Shown here piece after piece: positions 52,101 through 64,000 of a DNA stretch of 64,000 nt. Within the stretch, counting starts at the first letter, position 1. Every line of letters starts with the position of its first letter. The notes under the pieces are model-generated. The model saw only the letters and a list, made by a program, of their open reading frames with translations, had not been told where the DNA came from and did not search any database. Source of the DNA: Tubiluchus corallicola. Taxonomy: Eukaryota > Animalia > Priapulida. The DNA lies in NCBI GenBank assembly GCA_030141605.1, contig JAQGDQ010000056.1:496001-560000 (forward strand), given 5' to 3'. A program made the position numbers and the translations under genes.

Positions 52101-55100
52101 TAGTAATTAAATACAAGGGTTATTGTAAGGAGAGGCAAGAAGGACAAAAACGTGATGCCTGGATTCCGGAATGTAAAATTTACATACTCCTTTTGCAAAA
52201 TTACTAATGTACTTGGGAGTCCAGTTATTCAATGTTTATGAATGTTGTCGGAAATTCATTTTTCACTAGCTGTTATGCTGTCAAAAGTTGTTTTTCTAAA
52301 GTTTTTCTTTATATTTTGGATTGATTCATACTCTTTTTATTCTGTTCTGCAATAGATTTCTTTCTTTGTTTTTTTAAGGCGAGTTTAGTCTCGGATCACG
52401 TGAAGTTTTGAATGCTATTTTTAAAATAAAAAAAACTACATTTTTATTAAATTCTGATCTCAAATTTGATCTATAATTAAGACTTGTAGGCTACTGCAAA
52501 TAGAGCATCACTTCAACAGCATTAATTTCTATAGTTATTACACTTCATTAGCAATACAAAAAAGCACAAATTACTAAACATTATCACATTAATACAAATA
52601 TGATCTTTATGCACTAAATGCAACAGTTTTTTGCTTTATAGCCTGCTGTAAGTGAGCACACTTAAAGACACAGTGGCTTTTATTGACGTGAACACTTCAA
52701 AAGCTCTCTGCACATTGTTAAACATCAGCTACAATAGCATCGTCAAGCTGTTTTGTGAATCCTGAAAATCTTGCTGTTTTTGAGATTTTTGTTCACAGTG
52801 ATCAGTCAACAGTTCATACCTTTCTTAGGTACAAGATCAACGCAAAGTTTCCTGCCAAAGCAGACAGATGGACCAGGACAACAGCCTTGACCTTGAATGG
52901 TGCAGTGTGATGGGTCGTTGCACACAGCAGGAAAAGGACACGAGCGTAAACCCGATAGATTCGGGCACACAAGTCGTACTGCAAGATTTGCTCCTGTAAT
53001 ATTTACAGCAAAATTGGTGACAAACACAATCAGGAAATAAAGTATGCTCAGCTAATTTGCTCAACATTGCAATGTTTGTGAAATGTAAATATTTGTAAAG
53101 TAGCATTTTGACTGTTTTATTATTGCACATAACTATATCGTCTAAGCCAATTTCATTATGCAAACAATTTTATTTGCATCAAGTCGTTTGATTTGTGGAT
53201 AAGCTACAAATAAGGCTATGAAACGATGCTAGGAAGAATTCTATGTAAAACAATGCTGAATGAAAAATCTAAATGAGCAATATATGAATAAACTAATAAG
53301 GTAATGAAAATATTGCATCTCACAAAAATTATTGAATTCCTTGCACTTCAATTTATTTTTCAAAGTAATACACTAATATCAGGACTTGTAATTACTTACT
53401 ACAAAATGTTCTCACACTTAAGTAAAATAAAGTAGATTCGACATAACTCACATTATGAAGGATTAGACTGAAGGACTAAGACTAGAATTTTTAAAAGAAC
53501 TACGCTAGATACACAAGCAGTCATTACTTTCTACATGGAATTCGTACATTTACAGCTGACAAGTCAAAAAGATTCGTGTCTGTAGTAACCTTACATAGGC
53601 ATGTTTAGAATTCTGGTTTGCTATCTTGAAACAAGTCTTTAAAGACTATAATATTTACTTAACTATTGCTTTACCTAAGTGTTTTGATGGATTTACACTC
53701 ACTCTGGCTAGTTATATAGGTAAGGAGTGTATAAGAAACAGCATGATGTCTACACAGTATTTGTACAGCAATCTGCAAGTGGAGCCAGTTCTCTGCAACA
53801 AGGGCTAATAAATATAGACATTGTGGCAGAAAAAGAACCCGTTTTATTTTCAAGGATAATGCTCTAAGATGAGATGCTGAATTGATAGAGAACTAGAGGT
53901 GTCTAGCATTAATACACTTCCTCCCAAGAGTTAATGCCATAGGTTGTAATTGCAGGTCAAATATCTGTGCATCCCAGATAAGCCAGTTTTGAAGTAAATG
54001 CTCAAAGTCTCACAATAAAATTTGTTATGTGTACAAAGTTTCCAATTTAGTTCAGTATCAAAACACATAAAAGCATTGCAGGTTCTTTTTAGAATTTGTT
54101 GTGAACCATATGCCAAGTTGCACAATACCAAGTTATGCAGAATCTACTGTTTACCTGATTATTTTTATTTTTTTATATCCAAAGTAGAAACACTAAGTGA
54201 TCAACATTTAATGAGACAAACCTTCCTGACATTGCCCAGAATGCTCCACATTAAGTTTTGGGTTGGATAATTTTGCGCAGTCTAGGTGGCACTTGTTGTC
54301 ATAGGTTTGCCCATCAGATCCACATACCGGATCTAGCACAGTTGGACAAAAGCATGTTGGCGGCTCAGTTGGACATTCACCTTCTCTGTCCATTGAGAGT
54401 GTTGGATCTTGTCTTTGGGCACACTGCAGCTTACAGATATTGCCATATGTTTTTTTATCAGTTCCACAGACGGGACGGTAGGCTCTGTTGCAGTGGCAGA
54501 CAATGGACTTCGAGCTGCATTCTCCATCTGATACCTTCTGTATGTCTGGATTGCTGGCTTGTGCACATTGCAACTCACAAAGATTGCTGTACGTTATTCC
54601 GTCATTACCGCACACTGGTGTGTAATCTTCTGTGCATCTGCACAACTTGTCGCATTCACCATCAGTTAACTTTCTAAGATTTTGATCATTTTTCTGGGCA
54701 CACCTAAGGCGACACTGATTGTCATAAGTTTTTCCATCAGTTCCGCAAACAGGAGTGTAGTCTGTTGTGCAAGGACAAACTGACTGTGAACCACACTCAC
54801 CATCATAGCGCTTTATTAAATGAGGGTTATCTCTTTGAGCACATTCCAAACCACACTGATTGCCATATGTTTTTCCATCACTTCCACATACAGGGGTGTA
54901 ATCTGCAGTACAAATGCAAGGAGACGGTTTACGACATTCACCGTTATAAAGTTTAGTCAATTCAGGGTTATCTTTCTGAGCACATTCCAAACCACACTGA
55001 TTGCCGTACGTTTCTCCATCACTTCCGCAAACAGGGTTGTAGTCAGCAGTACAAACACAAGAAGATTGTTTGCCACATTCGCCTTCATAAAGCTTAGTCA

Positions 55101-58100
55101 GCCGTGGGTTATCTTTCTGAGCACATTCCAATCCACACTGATTGCCATATGTTTTTCCATCACTTCCACAAACAGGGGTGTAATCTGCAGTACAAACACA
55201 AGGTGACTGTCTACCACATTCTCCATCATGGCGCTTAACCAGTTGTGGGTTAGATTTTTGTGCACACTCTAGTCTGCACTGATTGCTGTAAGTTTTCCCA
55301 TCACTTCCACAGACAGGCCTGTAGTCTGCAGTGCAGATACAAATAGACCGACTTTCACACTCCCCACTGTAAAGTCTTGTCAAGTGGGGGTTATCTTTCT
55401 GGGCACACTCGAGATTGCACAGATTACTGTATGTTTTACCATCACTTCCACATACAGGATCATATTCGCGTGTACAGGAACAAGCTGCCAAACCAGTGCC
55501 ACATGGGCCAGATGAAGCTTTTGTAAGCTGTGGATTTTTTCTCTGAGCGCAGCCCAATAGGCAGGGATTGTTGTAAGTCTCACCATCGCTCCCGCAAACA
55601 GGATCTAATATTCGTGTACAGAAGCACCTGTCACGACTGCCTCCAGTAGGACAAGCACCTCTGTGGACTTGTTCTAATTCAGGCTTATCCTTTTGCGCAC
55701 AACTGAGAAGACACGGGTTGTTGTAGGTTAGGCCATCACTGCCACAAACTTCATTTAATTCCCTAGTGCAGAAGCAGAGCTTACTTTCCGTATCAGATTC
55801 GCACGGGCCATCTTTTAACTTTCTTAATTGTGGATTCGAGAACTGGGCACATGTGAGAAGACAGGGATTATTATATGTTGTATCATCATTTCCGCAGACT
55901 TGGTTCAATTCTCGAGAGCACGCACAAGGTTCTATAGCAAAATCCTGTACTGGACATTCACCTGCACTGATTTGTGCTAACTGCGGGTCGTTTTTCTCCA
56001 TGCATCTAAGAAAACATGGATTGTGATAGGTTATTCCATCAGAGCCACAGACTGGTTCTCTCTGCCTTGTACACTTGCACGATGGCTCATTAATTGTTGT
56101 GCAAGGACCATCACTCATCTTTAATAGTTGAGGCTGCTGTTGCTGTACACACAGTAGCTCACACAAATTACTGTAAGTTTTGAAGTCATTTCCACAGACA
56201 GGATTATTATCTAATGTGCAGCGACAAGCAGGAGGTGAATTCACAGTCTTGGAAACTGAAGATTTGAAAAATATTAGTTAAACTATTAGAAAATTAACTT
56301 ATCTGCACAATGAGAGCGCCTATGTCTTAAGTGCCTTTTCATTACTGATTTTTCAAGCTATTAGATATGAAGAAACCTAAAAATTAATAATATACGTACA
56401 CTAATATCCTGCCCGTGATGCCACATCTATTCTTAGATACTGTACATCAGAAAACCATCTATGCTGTGTGATTGCTTGATTTTCACGTGGATTCACAACA
56501 ACTTATACAAGCTTGCTTGGCTTCTTGCTCATAAATTTACAAGACATATCTTCTAGTTGTGAATCTTGTTTACCAACTTGACTTGATCTCTCCAAATTAA
56601 GATGTTGTACACTTATAGTACACAGCGGTTTAGAGGTGTTGTTCTTTTATCTTGCATTACTTGTAGTATTCATTATATAAGAGTATATTACTACCACAGA
56701 CACAAAATAGTTCCTATAATCAAATAACTTAATTGCCAAATTGTGCCAGTAAGCCTGCAATTCCGGACAAAGGGTCATACAAATTAAATATCATGCATTT
56801 CACTTAATATTTGTTTATTTGCTAACCAGTTTATCTTAAAATTAATTGTTTAATATATACTACCACATTTTTTTGCAATTTTATTTCAAAATTGAGGCTT
56901 TGTTTAATTCAGCACAAGTGCAAGAGGCCATCTTTAAATAAATGAAAGCAAAAGCTTTAGGCCTTGCTCGAACCATGTCAGTTTGTAAAAAATTAGGAGT
57001 CAAAGAATTAAACTACGGAATTATTGCTCTTGCAATAGCACTGAGTTATTTACGCACCTACACACTTTTCCTCACATGCTTGAATTGATTTAAAATTGTT
57101 GCCATTTCCTTGACAACCACCGTAGATGAACTCTTCACAGGATTTTGATTCTTCGTTGTAATAGTAGCGTCGGAAAGCGCCGCGGCAACGGCCTACTTTC
57201 TTTGGCAAGAGGCACCGTGCTGGTAATGCAAATAATATGTTTAGTTTTCACGAGAGTGTAAAACATACTTGAATAAATATTTTCAAGGCACCTCTGAATC
57301 CACCTGTTGTACAATTAAGAAAGAAGCTAGTTTGTTATCTTGCTCAGTTACAGTAATTGTTATAGGTAATGTAGCAAAAAGATTTTTCACTAATAATCTG
57401 ACCAGTTGAAAGTGAAAAATTGTATTTTGTTAACCATCTGTTTATTGTCCAATTTTGGTATAATGAACATCTATGTTACATATAATATATTGTTTTTCTG
57501 TTGCTATTATTAAAATGCACTTTTTAACTCAAAAATTTGATATGACTGAAATATGATTTTTTTCTTTTTTTAAATGCTTTTAATTTTTCGTTTTAGCCCT
57601 ATTTGTCAGAAACCATTTAGGGATGTAAAATATGTACTTCATGTAACAGAAAGCCATAAAACAGGCATCAATAAAATTACATCACAGTTTATATATGCAT
57701 GTTGTGAACTGGAACCTCCTTGCAACTTGCCTGGGTGTGCATTTCGTATTGTTTGTTGTTTCTGTTGACAACATGTGCCTCTATTTGTTCCTGCATTTGC
57801 TCTTGAAGGACCTTGACACTCTCCACCGGGACATGGATTAAAACCAACGACAAGGTTGCACAGTAATGGGGTATCGGGCATGTTGGGATCCTCCATGGGT
57901 GTATAGCCATCATAGCAAGCATCGGCATCAATGCCTAATTAAACATTTTGGCAAAAAAATTACCCACTTTCGCATTTATAAGTCACGTCATAAGAACACG
58001 TTGTTAATGGCACTATATTTCTAAACTATTATACAGCATGCATGCATATATTGGAATGACATGACTTTGTTACTCACAACCATTGTTAGACATGTTACCT

Positions 58101-59566
58101 GGAAAGCTTGTGTTACTTGTCAAAAGTTTTAATAAAGTCATTATACTTCTAAATTGCCTTACCTGGTAATTCAGTTGTAGACTCAGTTGTAGGTTCAGTA
58201 GTCGTATCTACTATAGGACAACACACAGCTTTGCGGTCGGCTATAGCTGTGAAGCATTCATAGCCATCCGGACAGAGAATTGCTGGCTTATTGAACAACC
58301 TGGGTGCGCATGTCAACTCAATGCTTGGGTTGTCTGGATCGGTTGCAGGCTTGCCTTCGTAACACGGGTTGAATTTTGGTTCTGGAGGGTGTTCAACTGG
58401 ACAGCACACCGCTGGAGCATCTGCTATATTGTCAAAGCACACATAGTTTTCTGGACATGGAAGACCTGGTCTGCCACCAAATCCACGTGAACATGGCCTG
58501 TTTTTGTCTGGATTATTTGGATCGGATGCTGGCTGGCCAGATTTACACGGATTAAATCTAGGTGGAGCCTCTGCAAAGATTATTGATTGTATTTGTGTAA
58601 AACTTGTTACTTAAACTTTTAAGTAAAATTTAAAAAAATATTTATGTTGTAGTGGGCATACGAAAGACAGTGTGGCATTTAATTACTATATTTTCGGTAC
58701 TGACATAGCTTACTGTATACCTGATTTCTTTATAGGGTCTACACAAGTCTTTGAAATTTCGCAGCTTGACACTTCACAGCAAAATTTTCCATCAGTGCAA
58801 TCCTGGTTAGTATCACATGCAAGATCTTTGATAGGTGTGGGAAGTGCATCCAAGATACAGAAGAAAAAGTTAGTTAAGTCTGGACATATTAATTCATCTG
58901 GAGGTCCTCCCAACACCTGAAACATAAATAGTTTGTATAAATATATATACAGCTTACAATCATACACATATCCTCAACCATCAGTTTGGTGACTATAAGT
59001 AGCCAAGTGGAGGGTTAGACGTTTTCATACTCGCTAATGTACTTCTTACAGTTAAACAGTTAAGGTTTAAAAGTTACAGAAAGTGTAGTTAACTATGCTT
59101 GCAGTTTATGTAGTTCAATGATAGATGATTTTGTTGTAGGTTATTTGTGACAAGAAAATAAAATTTAGATATTTTTTATGTACTATAGTTACATGACACC
59201 TAAAAGGCATACATCGAATTAATTTTCTTAATTTACAAAACAAAATCTATGAATGATCAATGTGTCAACCAGAAAAACTTTCACAGACAATTCTTAGTTA
59301 GGCCTATTTTACTACTTAATTTAGTATCGTTTGCAGACATCAGTAAAATTTCGTCTTTTTCAATAGCTTAACTGATTTGCGTTTTTGTCAGGCAACACTA
59401 TCAGGACTTGGGACGTAGTGATTAATAGTCATATGATTATTGTTGTGCACTCTTGAGGGCTGACAAAATTGTGAGGGCAGTATTTTTGAATAGACTGACT
59501 GTTGCAGTGAGAATTAGGAGTAAACAATCAAGGTATAGAAGCAATAAGGAAGAAAATGCAAGCAGA

Positions 59567-59599
<33 letters not shown>

Positions 59600-62500
59600 G
59601 GAGGGAGGGAGGGAGGGAGGTAGAGAGAGAGAGAGAGAGGGAGGGAGGGAGGTAGAGAGAGAGAGAGAGAGAGAGGGGGAGGGAGAGAGAGAGAGAGAGA
59701 GAGAGGGAGGAGGAAGACAGAGAGAGGAGGGAAGGAGTGAGAGAAAGAGAGAGAGAATAAAGGCAAAGAATAAAGCTCTGTGTATTGGAATGTGTGTTGC
59801 AAGGGGATAATTAACACATTTCCTTTCATTTAAAATGTATGGCTACTGGACTCCATACAAAACATCACTATTGATGAAGTACATATTTTCTTCTTTTGGT
59901 AATGTAGAAAAAAATCATTCTTTATTAATAAGATTTTGAAGTAAACTGACAAATTTTGCAAACGTCCAAATTTGCTTGCAGAATCTTAATAACTTCTTAC
60001 CTTTCTTACTTAATCAGTATATGTGTGCTTGCAAACCAAAACCGTCCATAAGTCGGCATAGTTGAAACTACGTTATGATGCTTCAAAGTAGAATGCACCA
60101 AAATTTTGGTCTAATAATAATTTTTTGTTTTTTATAAAAACAAATGCTAAATATACTGGACTTTTATATTCTAGCATCAAATTATCTAGAAAATGTCCAA
60201 AAAGTATTAAAAATTTAATTTTATAACCCCATGCAGAATTCTCTGCCTAGAAACTAGAAGTGCAATTGCAAAAAACTTTATTTTGAAACTTGGATAATAG
60301 CTCTTGGAAGCAGTCATTTTGCTTCCGTTTTTTCTGTTGCGAAGCCCAGACTTTTGTCAGGAAGAGCCATCTACTGGATTTAAACATAACTTTAATGTGC
60401 TCTTGTAAAGTCCATGGCAACCACACTTTAGTACGGTTGCTAAGTGTTTTGCAAAGGCATGACAAAAAACAATGGCTGACTTTAACAGAGATTTTCTCAA
60501 GATTATGTTTTTCACTGCATAGCATGCTCCTCAACTTCAATGTGGATTATCTCAGCTTAGAATTAACATAGAGTGATGAACTTGGTATCACATTGATCCT
60601 CATGAAATGGAGATGCAGGATACGTGAATAACTAGAAAACATTAATTGCCGATATATGGAGGATTTTGCTATGCATCCTCCTATAGCACACATATAATCT
60701 CCTTACACTTACAGTGTCTGGTTCAGAATCCTGTGAATCTGCAGCAAAAGCTTGGGGCTCCTCATTTTCTGTGAATAGAAAACATATTATACCATTGCAA
60801 TGAATACTGTAAAGCTTGAAAATATACACAGTTCATTCCTGAAATAATTTGCAACATAAAAATTCAAGAAATGAGTATGTCTTAGTAAAAACCATTTTAG
60901 GTAATGTGAGAACATTTTATCAAATTAACAAAAACTACATTTTCTGTGACATTAGCAGAATGGCTATTTATTAGCACTAAATTATTTTAGGAAGACACAT
61001 GTGGGATAAGGCAGCCTGAGAAATTCTCAAGAAGGTACATGATACAAAGAGATGAAAGTTATGACTGTTTTCATCAACTACCTCAGTAGTCTTAGGAGTG
61101 TAATAAGTGCTGGATCCCTGGTTCAATTCCTGGCTTCACAGTGCATTTTACATCACTTTGGGTCTTGAATATTTGAATAGAAAGAATCATCAAAAGAAAG
61201 GAATTAAGAAAACCTTTAATATATTACTACAGCATTACTCACCATCGCAAAAAGTGTAGCCTGGGCAATATTGCCCATTACATTGCAGTTTCAGTGTATG
61301 ACAGAACTGATTTCTTGGGCAAAGCGTTACCTAAATAAATGAAATACATTTACAAAATGCACCAGATAGGCACATATCATTGCAAAACTGCAACAAAAAA
61401 CTCATTGTTACTGTATTTCATTTTTTAAGAATTCAGTGATTAAGTGATTGATTTGTAAGCATACTAACCCTGCATGGATTAGACTGGCATTTACATACAG
61501 GACATTGTGTGTCTTCATCAATTTCAAAAATGTGACCATAATTGCAGTCCAAATTACAAGATCGGTCACAATGGGATGTATCTAAAATGTTAAGCAGAAA
61601 ATGAAACAAGCCTGCAGCTATACAGTACATTACATAATTATATCTTGTCAATATAACACGACACGTGCTGTGAGGTTCACCCATCAAATATTAATAAAAC
61701 ATGAGGTTTATTATACTAGCAATAAATTATAATGAGCCAAATTTAAATAATTCATGATGTAACAATAATAACTCGGTGATCTTGCAATTTCTTCCCTCTA
61801 ATGGGACTATCACATAGCTCCTAAAATAGGCCAGTTTTCGATAATAGCTCAATGCAAAAACCCAAGTCTTTCAGAAAACAAAAACCAGTTTTTAGCACAG
61901 CAAATGAACTTTTGGATGATAGGAAGTATTCAAGTTTATAATTTTGCAACAATGCTCTGAAGCAGTCAATGGGTCATTTTTGCTTCTCGTTTTCTTCCAC
62001 ATTCCGTACTGACAATTAAAAGTTTTAACGAGAGGACGACTACTGCCTTAAGGAGAGGACATCTACTGCCTTAATGTGTTTGACACGGTTACGGTTATCA
62101 TTTGCCCGAAACAACAAGAAGACAAGATTGTTTTCCAGAAATATATGTAAATATAGCTCTATTCAATTCTAGCCAAAGCTCTGCATAAATATTTTGTGCA
62201 AAACCAGAATTGAACAGTTATTGCTGTCTGTAATGTGCAAACAATCCAAGCAGTATTTCCTTCACTATACTGTGCCTCTTTAATGAGGGTAATACATTTT
62301 TCTGAAATAGAAGACAAAAGTAGAGTGACCCTACAAACAGATTTGGTTAAAGTGTCGCAGGTTTCTTCACAATGTTGGCACAATCATTTGAGTTTGGAGT
62401 TTCCCTTTCACAAATGTAAATACCTTACCAGGCTAAGGGTTGCTATATTATCCAGAAGATGCAGCAGTGCTGTTTACTCATAGCTGTAGAAGGTACTGGG

Positions 62501-64000
62501 TAGTGATAATGAATAAAAGCCAGTTTCATTCTATGCAGAATAAACTGTCAAACTACACATTGAATATCTATCCGCAACAATTCCTTTCTGAAGTTACGGC
62601 TTTCGCCTTTGGGAAAAATGGCAGAAATCCACAAAAAAAGTTTTTTTTATCACCACAGCTGCTATTTACTGAAAACAATTGATCATGTGTTACCAGCTTG
62701 CATTACCATCTTTATAAAAGAGCTGTTATAAGACACCTTATCAAGCAGCAGGCAATAGTGCAAATGATCAACAATGATAACAGTGATTGTAAAAACATTC
62801 CATTTGAACGTTCATTTTGTCTTCTTTTAAATTTATTAATTGTACTGAAGTTATTTAAATCTTCACTCACCTGGGCATACAGGCTTCTGTCCTTGCACTC
62901 TAGTATTTATGAACTGGGCACCAGATGAATCTACACAGTAACATGTTCCATCATAAGGATCACACTGAATTTGCTCATAATTGCTTTCAGCATCACAGAA
63001 CGGAGTGGAATCCTCTAATGGCGTTGGAACATCTTGGAATCTTGTATCTTTCTGAGCATTGGAAGCCCTTTCTATTTGGCAAGCTAAAAAATTGTTATGT
63101 TATTGGTAAGCTAAAAAACTGTTATGCTATCGGCCAGATAACTATGTGACATTTGAAATAACAAAGCTGGAATGGGAGCGTTTATTTATGAATAAATAGG
63201 TTGAAGCTGCTATCCTCCTCTTTAGAAAAATCATAGTTGGTTGTTTGCAATTAGCCGGAATGCGTGTTGTTGATTTCTGATTTGCCTTAGAAATGAACAG
63301 CATAAAAATAACAGCATCTATACTGGCACTGGGTGATTTTACACCTCATTAGCTTGCAATGAGCAAAAGTCAACACATTGGACACACAAGAGTAATGCTA
63401 CCATACATTGAAAACACAGGGAAAAAAAGTCACATGAACAAAGAAATATATCATTAATAATATGTGCTACCTGAAAGCTCATCGGGAATCCAGCAAAGAT
63501 TCACTCCACAACCTTCAGCTGTGCAACACTTCTCAATCCCTTTGCAGTCTGCATCAGTGTCGCATTTACGCAAACCCAAACACTCGTCTCCCATTAACCT
63601 TGACAGATCTGGGCAAACTCCAGGCTTGTCATCCACATCAGCTAAAACCAAATTTTCAAGTGTGTGTGTGGCATATCATTATAGTTTAGACACAGCACTA
63701 GTGCAATGCTATCAACAAAAGCAGATTTTAAAACATGTATTACAATAACCCTGACAACATGCGCAATAATGACTTGTAGACAAAATATCATAAGTGCTCT
63801 CCACACTATGATATTTTTTGTGAGAGAAGTAATTCTTCTTCTGCTGCTGCGTCTATTAATTTTGCCTAATTGCATCTGTTTTATTCGAACAGTGGTTTAA
63901 TAATTTAGCAATTATGTTGTAAAAGAGAATAAGTAAATCATAATATCTATAAATATACATGTATATGTATACCGTTGCAGCGCGTGATACAGTCCAGAAA
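49123..64000 (-). CDS. Gene E: 5'-partial mosaic multi-family protease-inhibitor-like protein (at least about 1460 aa). Exons: >64000-63973 (Kunitz-like tail), 63641-63471 WAP, 63083-62871 thyroglobulin-1, 61581-61469 antistasin, 61330-61243 4-Cys module, 60768-60713 linker, 58916-58721 WAP, 58570-58163 Lustrin x2, 57934-57731 Lustrin, 57219-57058 Kunitz, 56255-54222 Kazal x14, 52978 (or 52993)-52820 WAP, 51398-51240 WAP, 50547-50509 linker, 49481-49123 Kunitz x2
   Basis: Cys spacings are diagnostic: QC...CYCVDSSG (TY); C..C.LDC.YG........CP.C.C (antistasin); F.YGGC.GN.NNF (Kunitz); C.C......VCG.DG.TY.N.C...C (Kazal). Intron phases chain consistently over 4389 nt to TGA at 49123-49125. A single transcript is inferred from phases and from finding no internal signal-peptide or stop exon. 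Confidence 0.82.
49620..49816. repeat. ~105-bp-period tandem duplication in the last intron of gene E
   Basis: gtaaagygacagcatgctaaagyttacattttayatacaatcctatcctg at 49662 and 49767. Confidence 0.8.
54222..56255 (-). CDS. Single 2034-nt exon of gene E encoding 14 tandem Kazal domains
   Basis: 678-aa ORF; acceptor ttcag at 56256-56260 and donor G|gtttgt at 54221; 14 repeats of C-x-C-x7-C-x10-C-x3-C-x15-C. Confidence 0.93.
59562..59757. repeat. ~195-bp polypurine (GA)n/(GGGA)n tract
   Basis: Nearly pure purine on the + strand; explains the spurious ER-rich and LS-rich ORFs. Confidence 0.9.

Noticed and set aside
54258-56026. Several plus-strand ORFs over the Kazal exon
   Set aside because: Antisense shadows of a repetitive coding exon; no independent motifs.
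59437-59829. ER-rich (+) and LS/LP-rich (-) ORFs
   Set aside because: Artefacts of the (GA)n/(GGGA)n tract.
61095-61140. GGTTCAATTCC B-box as a tRNA gene
   Set aside because: No cloverleaf can be folded; at most a decayed tRNA-derived SINE head.
62159-62490. Additional gene E exons between the TY and antistasin exons
   Set aside because: Candidate AG..GT segments contain in-frame stops or lack a Cys-domain pattern; the flanking exons already join in phase.

Overview
AT-rich, intron-containing eukaryotic DNA, most consistent with an invertebrate animal; no prokaryotic features, rRNA, tRNA or CRISPR were seen. I assembled five spliced genes by hand from GT/GC-AG boundaries and intron phase. 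(A) 2488-6055 (+): secreted protein, signal peptide + WAP + 7 Lustrin-type Cys-rich modules. (B) 7000-11699 (+): a paralogue, signal peptide + (WAP-Lustrin)x2 + Lustrin. (C) 33584 down to at least 12149 (-): a TTC6-like TPR gene, at least 17 exons. Its last visible exon ends at a strong donor, so it probably continues past base 1, leaving A and B nested antisense in one intron. (D) 38190-46508 (+): TATDN3 (TatD nuclease), head-to-head with C. (E) beyond 64000 down to 49123 (-): a mosaic protease-inhibitor gene of at least about 1460 aa with Kunitz, WAP, thyroglobulin-1, antistasin and Lustrin modules and 14 Kazal domains in one 2034-nt exon. Introns carry hAT, Tc1/pogo, Mutator-like and Harbinger-like MITEs, relics of BEL/Pao integrase, Harbinger transposase and RTE LINE, and short tandem duplications. 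Family names come from remembered motifs; no search was run.
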